From an uncultured Actinomycetota bacterium (GTDB lineage Bacteria > Actinomycetota > Humimicrobiia > Humimicrobiales > Humimicrobiaceae): a stretch of DNA of 64,000 bases. The position numbers and the translations under genes were made by a program. The first letter of the stretch is position 1. Every line of letters begins with the position of its first letter. The stretch covers positions 26,264 to 90,263 of the forward strand of contig CAYPYW010000002.1 of the NCBI GenBank assembly GCA_964415365.1, given 5' to 3'. This document shows, piece by piece, positions 19,732 through 30,077 of this stretch. The notes beneath the pieces were generated by a model. It saw only the letters and a program-made list of their open reading frames with translations, ran no database searches and was not told where the DNA came from.

Positions 19732-20835
19732 TTAATCTATAGTTGAAAGCTCTTCCCAGAAACTATTGTAAGCTGATATTACTTCCTCAGGAAAATTCAA
19801 TTGCCACACCAGCTTAGCAAGCTCTTCATCTGTGAATACATAAAGGTTCTTATCTATCCCCTCTGCCAGATCAATTGAACCTCTTACCGTAGTGGTATAA
19901 CCGCCTTCACTCACTACTATAGCCGCGATGTCGGTTCTCAACATAAAATCAATAAATTTATGCGCCCCTTCGAAATTTACTGCACTGGCCGGGATCATAA
20001 AAGTATCCGTCCATCCAAAACCACCGGTCGAAGGAAGTACATACTTGAATTTCGGATCTGAGGACTCAAGATTTCTGCCTCCACCATCCCAGATATGACT
20101 AATCCAGACTTCTTCATTGCTTAAGAGATCCAGGATCTCAGCACCGGTATCGTAAAACTTGAGTACATTATTTTTTAATTCAATGGCCTTGCTTCTTATG
20201 CTTTCAAGTGTTGCCTGGGTATCGGTAAGCAGATTAGCCCTGGGTATTCCCATAAGGTCCAGGCATATCATCAGAGACTCTGCCGAATTTCTGGAAGATA
20301 CCCTATCTTTCAGGGCAGGATCAAATAATATATCCCAGCCAATTCCGTCCAGCGAACCAGCATACTTTGCAGTGTTTACCACAATACCGCTTGTTCCAAA
20401 CACATAGGCAATAACATATGTATCTCCGGATCCCATCTGCTGTCCGTCCCACATACTCCAATCCTTGCCTTTAAAGGATTCGGCCACATTTGCATAATTA
20501 GGAATCTTATCCAGATTGAGAGGCTGCGCCAGATTTTCGGTATAGAACCGGTTTACCTGGTTTTGTGTGGGCATGATGACATCTGCCTGGCCTCCACCTC
20601 TGAGCATGGTAAACATCTCATCATTTCCGGTTATAAGATTGATATTTAAATTTATTCCGCTCTCTTGTTCAAACATATCCGCCACACTATCCGGCAAATA
20701 CCCTTCCCAGACATAGATCGTCAATTCCTGTGGTACCTGTGTCTTTTTACAGGCCGGAATAAACAGAGTAAGTAAAAGAGCAATTACCAGTGAAAACATA
20801 ATAAGTTTCTTGAATTTCATAACATCCTCCCTCAC
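19732..20835 (-). CDS. potD: Spermidine/putrescine-binding periplasmic lipoprotein
   Basis: Signal peptide with lipobox (LFIPAC); PotD/PotF family length and motifs. Confidence 0.8.
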   Translation of the reverse strand: MREDVMKFKKLIMFSLVIALLLTLFIPACKKTQVPQELTIYVWEGYLPDSVADMFEQESGINLNINLITGNDEMFTMLRGGGQADVIMPTQNQVNRFYTENLAQPLNLDKIPNYANVAESFKGKDWSMWDGQQMGSGDTYVIAYVFGTSGIVVNTAKYAGSLDGIGWDILFDPALKDRVSSRNSAESLMICLDLMGIPRANLLTDTQATLESIRSKAIELKNNVLKFYDTGAEILDLLSNEEVWISHIWDGGGRNLESSDPKFKYVLPSTGGFGWTDTFMIPASAVNFEGAHKFIDFMLRTDIAAIVVSEGGYTTTVRGSIDLAEGIDKNLYVFTDEELAKLVWQLNFPEEVISAYNSFWEELSTID

Positions 20836-20922
20836 ATAATAAAATAATAAGTTTCCTTTACCTAACTATTTTGACCATGTTTTTCATTATTATACCCCAC
20901 CGGCGAATTTAAAATAAACTGC

Positions 20923-21723
20923 TTATCCTCTCTCTTTCATTAAAATTTTACTATATATCTTTCTACTGGCCAGAAGAATTGCAATCACACTTAAGGTAAA
21001 TAAAGTAATAAGAACCGATATTACATTCACCTTTGGCGAAATACCAAATCTGAGTTGTGAAAATATATAGACCGGAAGAGTCATACTACCGCCAATCAGG
21101 AAATAAGTTACTATAAATTCATTCCAGCTAATCATAAAAGCAAATAACCATCCAGCTATTATAGCTGGTACCAGGATGGGGAATATTATATCTTTAACAC
21201 TTGAAAACCAGGTTGCCCCAAGATCAACCGACGCCTCCTGCAGAGTCAGGGACATTTCTTCAATTCTACCCATAAGTATTAAAAAAACATAACTCATGCT
21301 TATGGAAACATGAGAAACTATCACAATAGGAATCCCCAGAGGAATACTTATTGTTCTGAAAAATACCAGTGCAGATATACCGATAGTCAGACTGGGCATT
21401 AATACCGGAAGTATGAGCAGAGTTAGAAAAACACTGGTTCTTCTGACCAGCCCTTTTAATAGCCCTACAGATAAAAGAGTTGCCAGTATAGTGGAAATGG
21501 TAGCTGAGGACAGTGCAATAATAACGCTGTTTCTAATTGCCTCTTTAGCCAGCCGGTCACTGGCAAGTTCCGCGAACCATCTCCATGTAAAACCTTTCAG
21601 GGGAAAGCTATAACCCTCACCGCTGTTCCAGGCAAAGATAAAAATAAGTATGATAGGAACAAAAATATAAAGGAAAAAAAGTGCGGTATATATTATTAAA
21701 ATGACAGACTTTTTATTTTTCAT
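20923..21723 (-). CDS. potC: Polyamine ABC transporter permease
   Basis: Six TM segments and an EAS-DLGA-like permease motif. Confidence 0.8.
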   Translation of the reverse strand: MKNKKSVILIIYTALFFLYIFVPIILIFIFAWNSGEGYSFPLKGFTWRWFAELASDRLAKEAIRNSVIIALSSATISTILATLLSVGLLKGLVRRTSVFLTLLILPVLMPSLTIGISALVFFRTISIPLGIPIVIVSHVSISMSYVFLILMGRIEEMSLTLQEASVDLGATWFSSVKDIIFPILVPAIIAGWLFAFMISWNEFIVTYFLIGGSMTLPVYIFSQLRFGISPKVNVISVLITLFTLSVIAILLASRKIYSKILMKERG

Positions 21724-21734
21724 CTCTACTTAAT

Positions 21735-22622
21735 TTAAAGATTGCCTCTATTTTTATAAATTGACTCCAGCCCAAATATCCTCGAATAAAATAACACCAG
21801 AACTATGGAGAGTATCGCCAGGGCAACAGTAAATGCAGAACCAAAGTTCCAGTCACCTACCCTGCTGAACTGATTTTCTATAATATTCCCGATCATTACC
21901 GAATTAGTTCCACCTAGTATTGCAGGTATGGCAAAAGAACCAAGGGCTGGTATGAAAACAAGTAGTGTACCTGCAAAAATTCCGGTAAGACTCAGCTTAA
22001 AAGTTACATCAAAAAAAGCCCTGACCCTTGATGCCCCCAGATCCAGAGATGCTTCTATAAGAGAATCATCAATTCTGAGCAGCGATGCATACAACGGCAA
22101 AACCATCATGGGGGTGTACATATATATAAGTCCAAGCAATACTGAAGTCTGACTGTATAATATTCTTACCGGTTCATCAATAACCTTTAGCCATAGCAAA
22201 AACTGATTCAGAATTCCATTTTCAGAAAGAATTAATTTCCAAGCAAAGGTTCTGATAAGGTAATTAATCCAGAAAGGTATCATGAGAACTACAATAAGTA
22301 CTTTATCTAATCTGGTTCTTTTAGCCAGGAAATATGCGACCGGATAAGAAAATGCTATAGAAAATATGGTGGTAAGAAAACTGATTTTAAGTGACCTTAA
22401 GAGTATTATAAGGTAGTGTTTTTTTTGAAAGATAACCACAAAATTCTTAAAGGTAAATTCTAATGGTCCTCCTGAAAACAAGTTTTCAGTGGTCACAGCA
22501 TAAATCAATATCACCGATAAAGGCAGGAGAAAAAAAACAATGAACCACAGAAATCCCGGATAGATGAGATTTTTATTTTTACTTCTTATAATACTCATGA
22601 ATTTAGATTTAACTACTACCAA
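21735..22622 (-). CDS. potB: Polyamine ABC transporter permease
   Basis: Six TM segments with EASLDLGAS... permease motif. Confidence 0.8.
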   Translation of the reverse strand: MVVVKSKFMSIIRSKNKNLIYPGFLWFIVFFLLPLSVILIYAVTTENLFSGGPLEFTFKNFVVIFQKKHYLIILLRSLKISFLTTIFSIAFSYPVAYFLAKRTRLDKVLIVVLMIPFWINYLIRTFAWKLILSENGILNQFLLWLKVIDEPVRILYSQTSVLLGLIYMYTPMMVLPLYASLLRIDDSLIEASLDLGASRVRAFFDVTFKLSLTGIFAGTLLVFIPALGSFAIPAILGGTNSVMIGNIIENQFSRVGDWNFGSAFTVALAILSIVLVLFYSRIFGLESIYKNRGNL

Positions 22623-22864
22623 AGTTTAAAGCATATTGTCCATATTAAATTTTATCAGATATTATGGTTTCAAACTACAGATTTGATAAACAGCAGCCAG
22701 TTCAATTACTATCGGTATTTTACAGCTTCAATTCATAGTTATTATAGTTTTAGAGTATTTTTTAATCATCGGCAGTAGATACTGAAGAATATTTAACCTG
22801 ATATTTCAATAATCCCCTCAGGAAATGCTATAATATAACTTTAAAAATTTGACCACAAAAACTC

Positions 22865-23698
22865 ATGGGAAAATATATTGTAAAAGCTAATGGCACTAAA
22901 GAACCATACAACGAACAGAAAATAAGTTCCTCTTTCATAAAGGCAGGGGCTCCTCCCGATATAGCTATAAAAGCTACTGGAATAATCAACAAAAAAGTAA
23001 AAGATGATATGAGTACCGATGAGATCTATCATGAAGCCCTGGGTCACCTGAGAGTAATAGAGCCCAGAACAGCTCTCAAATATTCCCTGAAAAGAGCTAT
23101 CATGGATCTGGGACCGGAAGGGTTTGTTTTTGAAAAATATGTAGCAAGAATTTTAAAAGAATATGGTTATACCACAGAAGTGGGACGAATAGTAAGTGGT
23201 TATTGTGTCGAACACGAAGTTGATGTCATCGCGAAAAAGGAAAACAGGATCTGCCTTGTCGAGTGTAAATACCATAACTCACCAGGAATAAAATCCGATA
23301 TAAAAACTGCCCTTTATATCCACAGTAGATTTCTGGATATAGAGAAAGCCTACAGGGAGAAAGATAACAATGACCACACTTATTTTGAAGCCTGGCTGGT
23401 TACCAATACCAAGTGCACATCAGATTCTATAAAATATGCCAATTGTGTTAATTTAAAAATTCTAGCCTGGCAATACCCAAAAGTGGAAAATTTACAATAC
23501 TTTATTGAAACAAAAAAACTTTACCCCATAAGCATTCTTTCTACAATAACTAGGAAACAGAAGGAAAAGTTATTTGATTCTGATATCATATTAATAAAGG
23601 AACTTGGTGGCTATAGGATGGACAATTTAACTAAATTGATATCTGTAAGCCAGCCACAGGCATTAAAAATTCTAAATGAAATAAGTATTATACTGTAA
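22865..23698 (+). CDS. ATP-cone domain fused to an Mrr-type (PD-(D/E)xK) restriction-endonuclease-like domain
   Basis: N-terminal VKANGTKEPYNEQKI is ATP-cone. The central HEVDVIAKKENRICLVECKYH is the Mrr_cat D...ExK core. An extended -10 TGCTATAAT lies about 40 nt upstream. Confidence 0.7.
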   Translation: MGKYIVKANGTKEPYNEQKISSSFIKAGAPPDIAIKATGIINKKVKDDMSTDEIYHEALGHLRVIEPRTALKYSLKRAIMDLGPEGFVFEKYVARILKEYGYTTEVGRIVSGYCVEHEVDVIAKKENRICLVECKYHNSPGIKSDIKTALYIHSRFLDIEKAYREKDNNDHTYFEAWLVTNTKCTSDSIKYANCVNLKILAWQYPKVENLQYFIETKKLYPISILSTITRKQKEKLFDSDIILIKELGGYRMDNLTKLISVSQPQALKILNEISIIL

Positions 23699-23781
23699 AA
23701 CGGCACCTGCCGGATCTAAAAAACACTGGAGTCCCAATATTCACTTCCATTCAAGCCTACCTATTGATAGCAAAACCCGAC

Positions 23782-24552
23782 TTAATCTTGCCTGTTGAAC
23801 AAAATAGAACCCAATACACTCACTACTATAGTTACGGAAATCAATACCACGGCGTCCAGCCACAGTGGATACAGTTGCAAAGCGGGATTATTTAGTATTA
23901 CAGAGCGCATTGCATCAATTCCATAAGAAAGTGGATTAACTTTAGCGACTACATTCATCCATCTCACTGTACTATTCAATGGAAATAGAGCACCGGAAAG
24001 AAAAAACATGGGCATAAGTAAAAAATTGGTGATCACCTGGAATGCCTGCATGGATTTTATTATGGAGGCCAATATAATTCCCATAGCAGAGATGGTCATG
24101 GCAACCAGGAACATAATAGCCAATACTTTAAAGAATATTACAAAAGTAATAGGTATCGCTAGCAGAGGACTGAAAAGCAATATTATTGTGCCCTGGAACA
24201 TGGCAATGGTGGAACCACCGAGTAGTTTTCCAACAACTATAGAAGTCCTTGAAATAGGTGCAACCAGGATTTCTCTAAGAAAACCGAACTCACGGTCCCA
24301 GACTATCGACATAGCACTAAAAAAAGAAGTAAAAAGAACAGTCATACCCACAATTCCAGGAAACATAAAATCAAGAAATTCCTTACCGCCTCCACCTCCA
24401 AAAGTACTAAAGGAACTTGCAATCCCGGTACCCAGAACAAATAGAAAAAGGATGGGCTGTGCAAACGAACCTATTATTCTTGGTTTGTCCCTATAATATC
24501 TCTTAATATCTCTCAACCATACCGTATATACACCAGTTAATTCCTTTTTCAA
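23782..24552 (-). CDS. ABC-2 type transporter permease
   Basis: Six TM segments, ABC-2 family pattern; 4-nt overlap with the upstream ATPase gene. Confidence 0.7.
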   Translation of the reverse strand: MKKELTGVYTVWLRDIKRYYRDKPRIIGSFAQPILFLFVLGTGIASSFSTFGGGGGKEFLDFMFPGIVGMTVLFTSFFSAMSIVWDREFGFLREILVAPISRTSIVVGKLLGGSTIAMFQGTIILLFSPLLAIPITFVIFFKVLAIMFLVAMTISAMGIILASIIKSMQAFQVITNFLLMPMFFLSGALFPLNSTVRWMNVVAKVNPLSYGIDAMRSVILNNPALQLYPLWLDAVVLISVTIVVSVLGSILFNRQD

Positions 24553-25547
24553 TGCCTCATTCTCCCCCTCATTCTCATTCTGATAATATCTTTGGAACTG
24601 GCATTTTCTTCCCTTATTTCCCTGCCGGTAAGGTCCAGAAATACATCGTTTAAAGTCGGTTTTCTGGCGCTTATCGATAAAATCTTTACCGGGCTGTCTT
24701 TGATTAATTTTGGGATAAAAACGGAGCTATCCTTAACTTCGAATCTAATCTTGCCCTCTTTCGCATCATGCACCTCATTACCAGTAATTTCTTTTACATA
24801 CTCTCTTAACTTAATATTATCTTCTGAAAGTATTGTGATTATATCCCCACCGATAGTATTTTTAAGATTATCCGGCGTGTCGAGCGCAATGATTTTCCCC
24901 TTATCTATAATAGCTATCCGGTCACATATTTCTGTTTCTTCCATATAATGTGAGGTTAAGAAGATGGTAATATTTTTACTGTTCTTGAGTTTAATTATAT
25001 AATCCCATATTTTGTTCCTGGTTTGTGGATCCAGTCCAAGGGTAGGTTCATCCAGAAACAGGATTTTTGGATAATGCAGTAGACCCCTCGCAATCTCAAG
25101 CCTCCTTTTCATTCCTCCGGAATAGGTCATGACCAGGCTATTTTTCCGGCTGGTAAGATCTACCATCTCCAGCACTTCTTCGGATCTTTCTTTTAAGGTG
25201 CTGCGAGGGATGTTATAGAGAAGTCCATGAAAGTATAAATTCTCAAGGGCTGTCAATCTGTCATCAAGACTCGGGTCCTGAAAAACCATTCCAATACAAT
25301 TCCTTATTTTATTTCTTTCTCTGGCTGCATCATATCCGCTTAAAGTGACTTCTCCAGATGTCATTGACAGAAGCGTGCATATTATATTTATTGTTGTCGT
25401 TTTACCTGCGCCATTTGGACCCAAAAAACCAAATATTTCATTTTCTTTCACCGAAAATGTAATACCACCAACCGCTCTTAATCCCTTAAATTCTTTTACC
25501 AGATTTTTAACTTCTATAATATTGTCATTTGTGCTTACATTATCCAT
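24549..25547 (-). CDS. ABC transporter ATP-binding protein
   Basis: GPNGAGKTT, YSGGMKRRLEIA and LFLDEPTLGLD motifs. Confidence 0.85.
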   Translation of the reverse strand: MDNVSTNDNIIEVKNLVKEFKGLRAVGGITFSVKENEIFGFLGPNGAGKTTTINIICTLLSMTSGEVTLSGYDAARERNKIRNCIGMVFQDPSLDDRLTALENLYFHGLLYNIPRSTLKERSEEVLEMVDLTSRKNSLVMTYSGGMKRRLEIARGLLHYPKILFLDEPTLGLDPQTRNKIWDYIIKLKNSKNITIFLTSHYMEETEICDRIAIIDKGKIIALDTPDNLKNTIGGDIITILSEDNIKLREYVKEITGNEVHDAKEGKIRFEVKDSSVFIPKLIKDSPVKILSISARKPTLNDVFLDLTGREIREENASSKDIIRMRMRGRMRH

Positions 25548-26861
25548 TTATAGCTCTATCTCTTTCCTATAATCGTATGGAATATAAGAAGGACATTTTT
25601 TTTCTGCATAAATCTCTCTAAACCCACAAAAACGAGGGAGCTCACTGCCAATAAGCGGCATAGCCCATTCTATAAAATCATCCGTGACATCCGTTTTATC
25701 CCTTGCCATCCATTCCCCCGGAAATTCCCTTTCTGAATTTGCAACTGTTTCTAACAGCACTTTATCATACACTACCCTGTAAGTTTTCCCGGGAATCCTT
25801 AAGATTGTTGCCATATATCCATTTTCTCCCTTAAGGGCAACATTTGCTGCGTGTTCACCAACCTTATAGGCTTCCAGCAAATCAACTTCCGATGCATAGG
25901 CAATTTCTCTTCTCTGTCTTGTTCCCGGATTTTCACATCTCGCATTACCTCTTACCAGGAACCTTCTCTTTCTATCCTCTTTATCCAGCCCATTCAGGTA
26001 GTTGATTAGTATTTGTCCTACTGTTGTAGCTGAAGAATTATATTCGATATGACCAAAATTATCTCTTACCACTCCTAAATCACCTAAATTTATCCCTTCA
26101 CTTATTACTACTATACACCTGCCGAACGCAGATATTTTTTCATTTACCTTTCCTGTAATAAACTCCAGGTTGGCCTTGTGATCCTTTTCCGACATATTCT
26201 CAGGCAGAATTATAAGTAATGGAATTTTTCGCTCCGGATCGGTAAGCCTGGCAGAGGCAGGAATAAAGCCTATTTTTCTACCCATAACTGTTATTACTAT
26301 AACCGGGTCAGTGGTATAACTCGCCATACTTTCCTCGTTAGCTTCTAGAACATTAATAGCAGTATTTCTGGCTACACTTCCATATCCGGGATCATGGTCA
26401 CAGATATCAAAAGTCCCATCAGCTTTAAGTTTTCCGCCTACATCATTATCAATAGTTTTTGGTATACCGGTAGCAATAAGATCAAGCCCCTCTTCGTCTG
26501 CAAGTATATTTATTTTGTTCGCAGTATCCATAGAATCTCCGCCGCCGCAATAAAAAAAGTAACCAATATTATGCTTTTTAAATACTTCAACGATTCTCTC
26601 TAAATCTTCATCGCTTTTTATCTTATACCTGCAACTGCCCAAAACACCTGCCGAAGGTGTACTCGAAAGCCAGGAAATTTGTTCTCCTGATTGGCAAGAA
26701 ATATCAAGGAAATTCTCTTCAAGGACTCCAAGTATTCCCATCTTGGCTCCATAGATTTTATTTACTTTATTTGAGGAAACAAGTGCATCGACAGCTCCCC
26801 TAACACTATTATTAATTACCGAAGTTGGTCCTCCCGATTGGGCAATAACTACATTCTTCAC
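25548..26861 (-). CDS. Phosphofructokinase-family enzyme (PPi- or ATP-dependent 6-phosphofructokinase)
   Basis: IAQSGGPTSVINN, GGGDSMDTA, GIPKTIDNDV and MGR motifs of PFK. Confidence 0.75.
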   Translation of the reverse strand: MKNVVIAQSGGPTSVINNSVRGAVDALVSSNKVNKIYGAKMGILGVLEENFLDISCQSGEQISWLSSTPSAGVLGSCRYKIKSDEDLERIVEVFKKHNIGYFFYCGGGDSMDTANKINILADEEGLDLIATGIPKTIDNDVGGKLKADGTFDICDHDPGYGSVARNTAINVLEANEESMASYTTDPVIVITVMGRKIGFIPASARLTDPERKIPLLIILPENMSEKDHKANLEFITGKVNEKISAFGRCIVVISEGINLGDLGVVRDNFGHIEYNSSATTVGQILINYLNGLDKEDRKRRFLVRGNARCENPGTRQRREIAYASEVDLLEAYKVGEHAANVALKGENGYMATILRIPGKTYRVVYDKVLLETVANSEREFPGEWMARDKTDVTDDFIEWAMPLIGSELPRFCGFREIYAEKKCPSYIPYDYRKEIEL

Positions 26862-26934
26862 TGACTTTCCTTTCTATCCGTAGTCTTTAAAAAATTATGA
26901 AATCTTTAGTTTTGGAAGAAATAACAGTATATAG

Positions 26935-27168
26935 CTATCTGTTACCGGAGCAGGTTGCACAGCTTCCACCAGAACAGCTGCTGCAAGATGATGAACCCCC
27001 CGAATCACCGCCATCGTTGTTGGATCTTTTAAAACCCACAGGGGCAAAAACTCTTACCATATTCTTACTTCCGCATTTCTCGCATTTTATATGGAAATTG
27101 TTTTCTCCTCTTATTACTACCTCTGAAACACACCCGCAATCCTTACATTTATAATCTACAAAACGCAA
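26935..27168 (-). CDS. FmdB-family zinc-ribbon protein with a C-terminal Cys/Ser/Gly-rich tail
   Basis: YKCKDCG...CEKCGS paired CxxC motifs. Confidence 0.6.
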   Translation of the reverse strand: MRFVDYKCKDCGCVSEVVIRGENNFHIKCEKCGSKNMVRVFAPVGFKRSNNDGGDSGGSSSCSSCSGGSCATCSGNR

Positions 27169-27421
27169 CTCTCGTCACCTTCAATTATATAAGACCATTT
27201 GTAATATTTACCGGTATAACATAATAATACACTAACCATATTATAATCAAGAAAATATTCTGACTTCAAGTGAATGGTTAATAAATTTATCACTCGGTTT
27301 GTTGACTTTTAAAATTGTATTGATATAAGCTATAAGAAAATTAAGACCCCGTAAAGTAGGGTTCTTATTTTTAAATTGATTTACATTATTTAAGAGTAAA
27401 TATTTATACCAAGGAGAACTA

Positions 27422-28090
27422 ATGACCTTTAAATCAGATATCAAAACTTATATCCCAGGTAAGATAATATGCGTGGGGATGAATTACAAATCTCATGTCA
27501 GAGAGCAGGATGGACGGTTTCCTGAAAAACCCGTACTTTTTTCCAAGGCAAAAAGCTGCATAATAAAAAACGGAGAAAATATTGTATACCCTCCTGAAGT
27601 TAAAGAACTCGATTATGAAGTAGAGCTTGCAGTAATAATAGGAAGAAAGATGAAAAATGTTTCTGAGGATAAGGTATTGGACTATATCTACGGCTATACC
27701 ATAATGAATGATATTACAGCCAGAGATATTCAGCAAAATGAGGGGCAATGGTACCGTGCAAAAAGTTTTGACACCTTCGGGCCTATTGGACCAGTAATTA
27801 TTAGCAAAGATAAAATACCTGACCCTCAAAATCTTAATCTCAAATCTTATGTAAATAATGAACTCAGACAGAATGGTAACACATCAGATATGCTATTCAG
27901 CACTTACGAGCTTATATCTTATATCTCGGGGTCTATTGCCCTGGAAGTCGGAGATCTCATCTCCACAGGAACTCCTGCAGGAGTGGGAATTTTTATGAAA
28001 GAGAAAAAAATGCTCAGACCGGGAGATGTAGTAGTGTGCGAGATTGAAAAAATAGGAAAACTGGAAAATAAAATTGTAGCGGGAGAATAA
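27422..28090 (+). CDS. Fumarylacetoacetate hydrolase (FAH) family protein
   Basis: CVGMNYKSH...PVLFSKA...EVELAVIIG...GTPAGVG family motifs. Confidence 0.8.
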   Translation: MTFKSDIKTYIPGKIICVGMNYKSHVREQDGRFPEKPVLFSKAKSCIIKNGENIVYPPEVKELDYEVELAVIIGRKMKNVSEDKVLDYIYGYTIMNDITARDIQQNEGQWYRAKSFDTFGPIGPVIISKDKIPDPQNLNLKSYVNNELRQNGNTSDMLFSTYELISYISGSIALEVGDLISTGTPAGVGIFMKEKKMLRPGDVVVCEIEKIGKLENKIVAGE

Positions 28091-28740
28091 TGAATGAGGT
28101 TTATCAGATTTTTATTGGGTCGATGGTTGTCGCATTTTCTGGCGCTCTGGTACCTGGCCCCATGCTTACCCTGGTCATCAGCAGTGTTGCCGAGAAAGGT
28201 TTCTGGACTTCCTTTTTTATTGTAGTAGGCCATTCCTTACTGGAGTTAGTGGTGGTAATAGGTTTTTTTCTGGGTATACTGAAATTTCTGGACAACCCTC
28301 TTATAGCAAAGATAATTGGACTGCTGGGAGGTATTTTCCTTTTATACATAGGAATTAATATTATAGTCTCAATCTTCAAGAAGAAATTTACCATAGATTT
28401 CAAGTCAGTATTAAAACAAAGAACCATTACCGGAAAATCAACCGGAACGGTGATACTTAAAGGCATTCTGATAAGTCTTGTGAATCCTTACTGGTTTATC
28501 TGGTGGATCAGTATAGGAGCAGCATTTCTTTTAAAAAGTGTGGAATTTAATATGATAGGCATTTTCTCTTTTTACATAGGCCACATCAGTGCAGATTTCA
28601 TCTGGTATCTATTTATTGGATTTTTAGTAAATACCGGACGCAGATTTTTCAATCAAAAAATATACAACGGCATACTTATTGCCTGTAGTTTATTTTTATT
28701 CTACCTTGGAACAAGGTTTATTATTGAGGCTGTAATTTGA
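28090..28740 (+). CDS. LysE/RhtB-type amino-acid exporter
   Basis: N-terminal GALVPGPM motif with a six-TM profile; start overlaps the FAH stop. Confidence 0.65.
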   Translation: MNEVYQIFIGSMVVAFSGALVPGPMLTLVISSVAEKGFWTSFFIVVGHSLLELVVVIGFFLGILKFLDNPLIAKIIGLLGGIFLLYIGINIIVSIFKKKFTIDFKSVLKQRTITGKSTGTVILKGILISLVNPYWFIWWISIGAAFLLKSVEFNMIGIFSFYIGHISADFIWYLFIGFLVNTGRRFFNQKIYNGILIACSLFLFYLGTRFIIEAVI

Positions 28741-28918
28741 CCTTTTGTCTTTTAAACTTTTTTACTCCTTCATTATCTACCACAACAAACATATTACAAT
28801 GTTGGAAAATATTATTTCTAATGATATTGTTATCTATGGCAATTGCAAAAAATCTTTTTAGAATAGAATACACAGGAGCCATAAATAACAAACATAATTC
28901 AAAGGGGTGATTTATCCA

Positions 28919-29404
28919 ATGATTGATAATAAAGAAAAGAAAAAACTGGCAATGGTTGTTTTCAGCGGAGACCTGGACAAGCTCATGTCTGCCTTCATCA
29001 TAGCAACCGGAGCAGCAGCTTCTAATATTGAAGTCGCTATGTTCTTTACTTTCTGGGGACTCAGGGCCTTAAAGAAAAAAACTTTAACTGGTAGAAGCTT
29101 TATGGGAAGAATGGTGGGTATCATGGAAAGAGGAGATATAAGCAAAGCTTCACCCAGTAAGTACAGCTTTGGCGGTCTGGGCCGCTGGATGTTTGGGAAA
29201 ATGATGAAAGCAAAAAAGGTTGCAACGCTGCCCGAACTCAGACAGATGGCCATAGACCTGGGCGTAAAACTATATGGCTGCCAGATGAGTATGGACATTC
29301 TTGAAATTCCCAGAGAGAAAATGATTGATGAAGTCGAGGCTTATGTAGGAGTAGCATTCTTCATAGAGCAGGCCCAGGAATCCGATATGCAGTTCTTTAT
29401 TTAA
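28919..29404 (+). CDS. DsrE/DsrF-like family protein
   Basis: LAMVVFSGDLDKLMSAFIIATGAAA...MFFTFWGL pattern. Start uncertain: GTG at 28907 or ATG at 28919. Confidence 0.5.
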   Translation: MIDNKEKKKLAMVVFSGDLDKLMSAFIIATGAAASNIEVAMFFTFWGLRALKKKTLTGRSFMGRMVGIMERGDISKASPSKYSFGGLGRWMFGKMMKAKKVATLPELRQMAIDLGVKLYGCQMSMDILEIPREKMIDEVEAYVGVAFFIEQAQESDMQFFI

Positions 29405-29422
29405 AATTACTTTTATTATTTA

Positions 29423-29830
29423 TTACTTCCGAGGCTTTTGAGATATTATAAAATAAGCAACTAGAACTATAATCATATTGGTAGGTATCTGAAAAATCCA
29501 GTTCAAGTAGATATCTCCAAAAGAAGTAAGATAACCCTGTGTAATATAATGCAGCGGTATAAACATTACTGGAATCCAGGCAAGAGAAAATAAAAAAATC
29601 AATAAGAAATGCAGCCAGCCTTCAGGAAAGATTTTTTTGATATTCCTATATTTAATAATCACTATCCAGGTAGTAAAAACTATTATAGAAAACAGAGCAG
29701 CGATAGGAACCTGAATCGCCAGTTGATTATACCGGGTAAAGAAGTGGTAAATCCCAAACCCGAAGATGATCGAAATTATATTTATGACAGCAAGGACAAG
29801 ACTGTGTAAGATAATCTTAAAGACTTTCAT
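29423..29830 (-). CDS. Hypothetical integral membrane protein
   Basis: Four predicted TM helices; no recognisable motif. Confidence 0.4.
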   Translation of the reverse strand: MKVFKIILHSLVLAVINIISIIFGFGIYHFFTRYNQLAIQVPIAALFSIIVFTTWIVIIKYRNIKKIFPEGWLHFLLIFLFSLAWIPVMFIPLHYITQGYLTSFGDIYLNWIFQIPTNMIIVLVAYFIISQKPRK

Positions 29831-30077
29831 ATATTTACAGGATAAGTATTATTTTAAAATAATTTTTAATAATTATATTATATTTAAGGCAAAATACCAA
29901 TTACAGTTTATATTAAAACTCAACTTCCTCAGGAATCGCTTTAAATAGAACCGGTAATTGGTAAATCAGTAAACAGTATTATTTTAATTTAATAATTTAT
30001 TATTTTTTTATTTTATAATCCATTCTATTCTATTATAATTATTATCTATCAATATAAATTCAAATTTACCTTAATTT

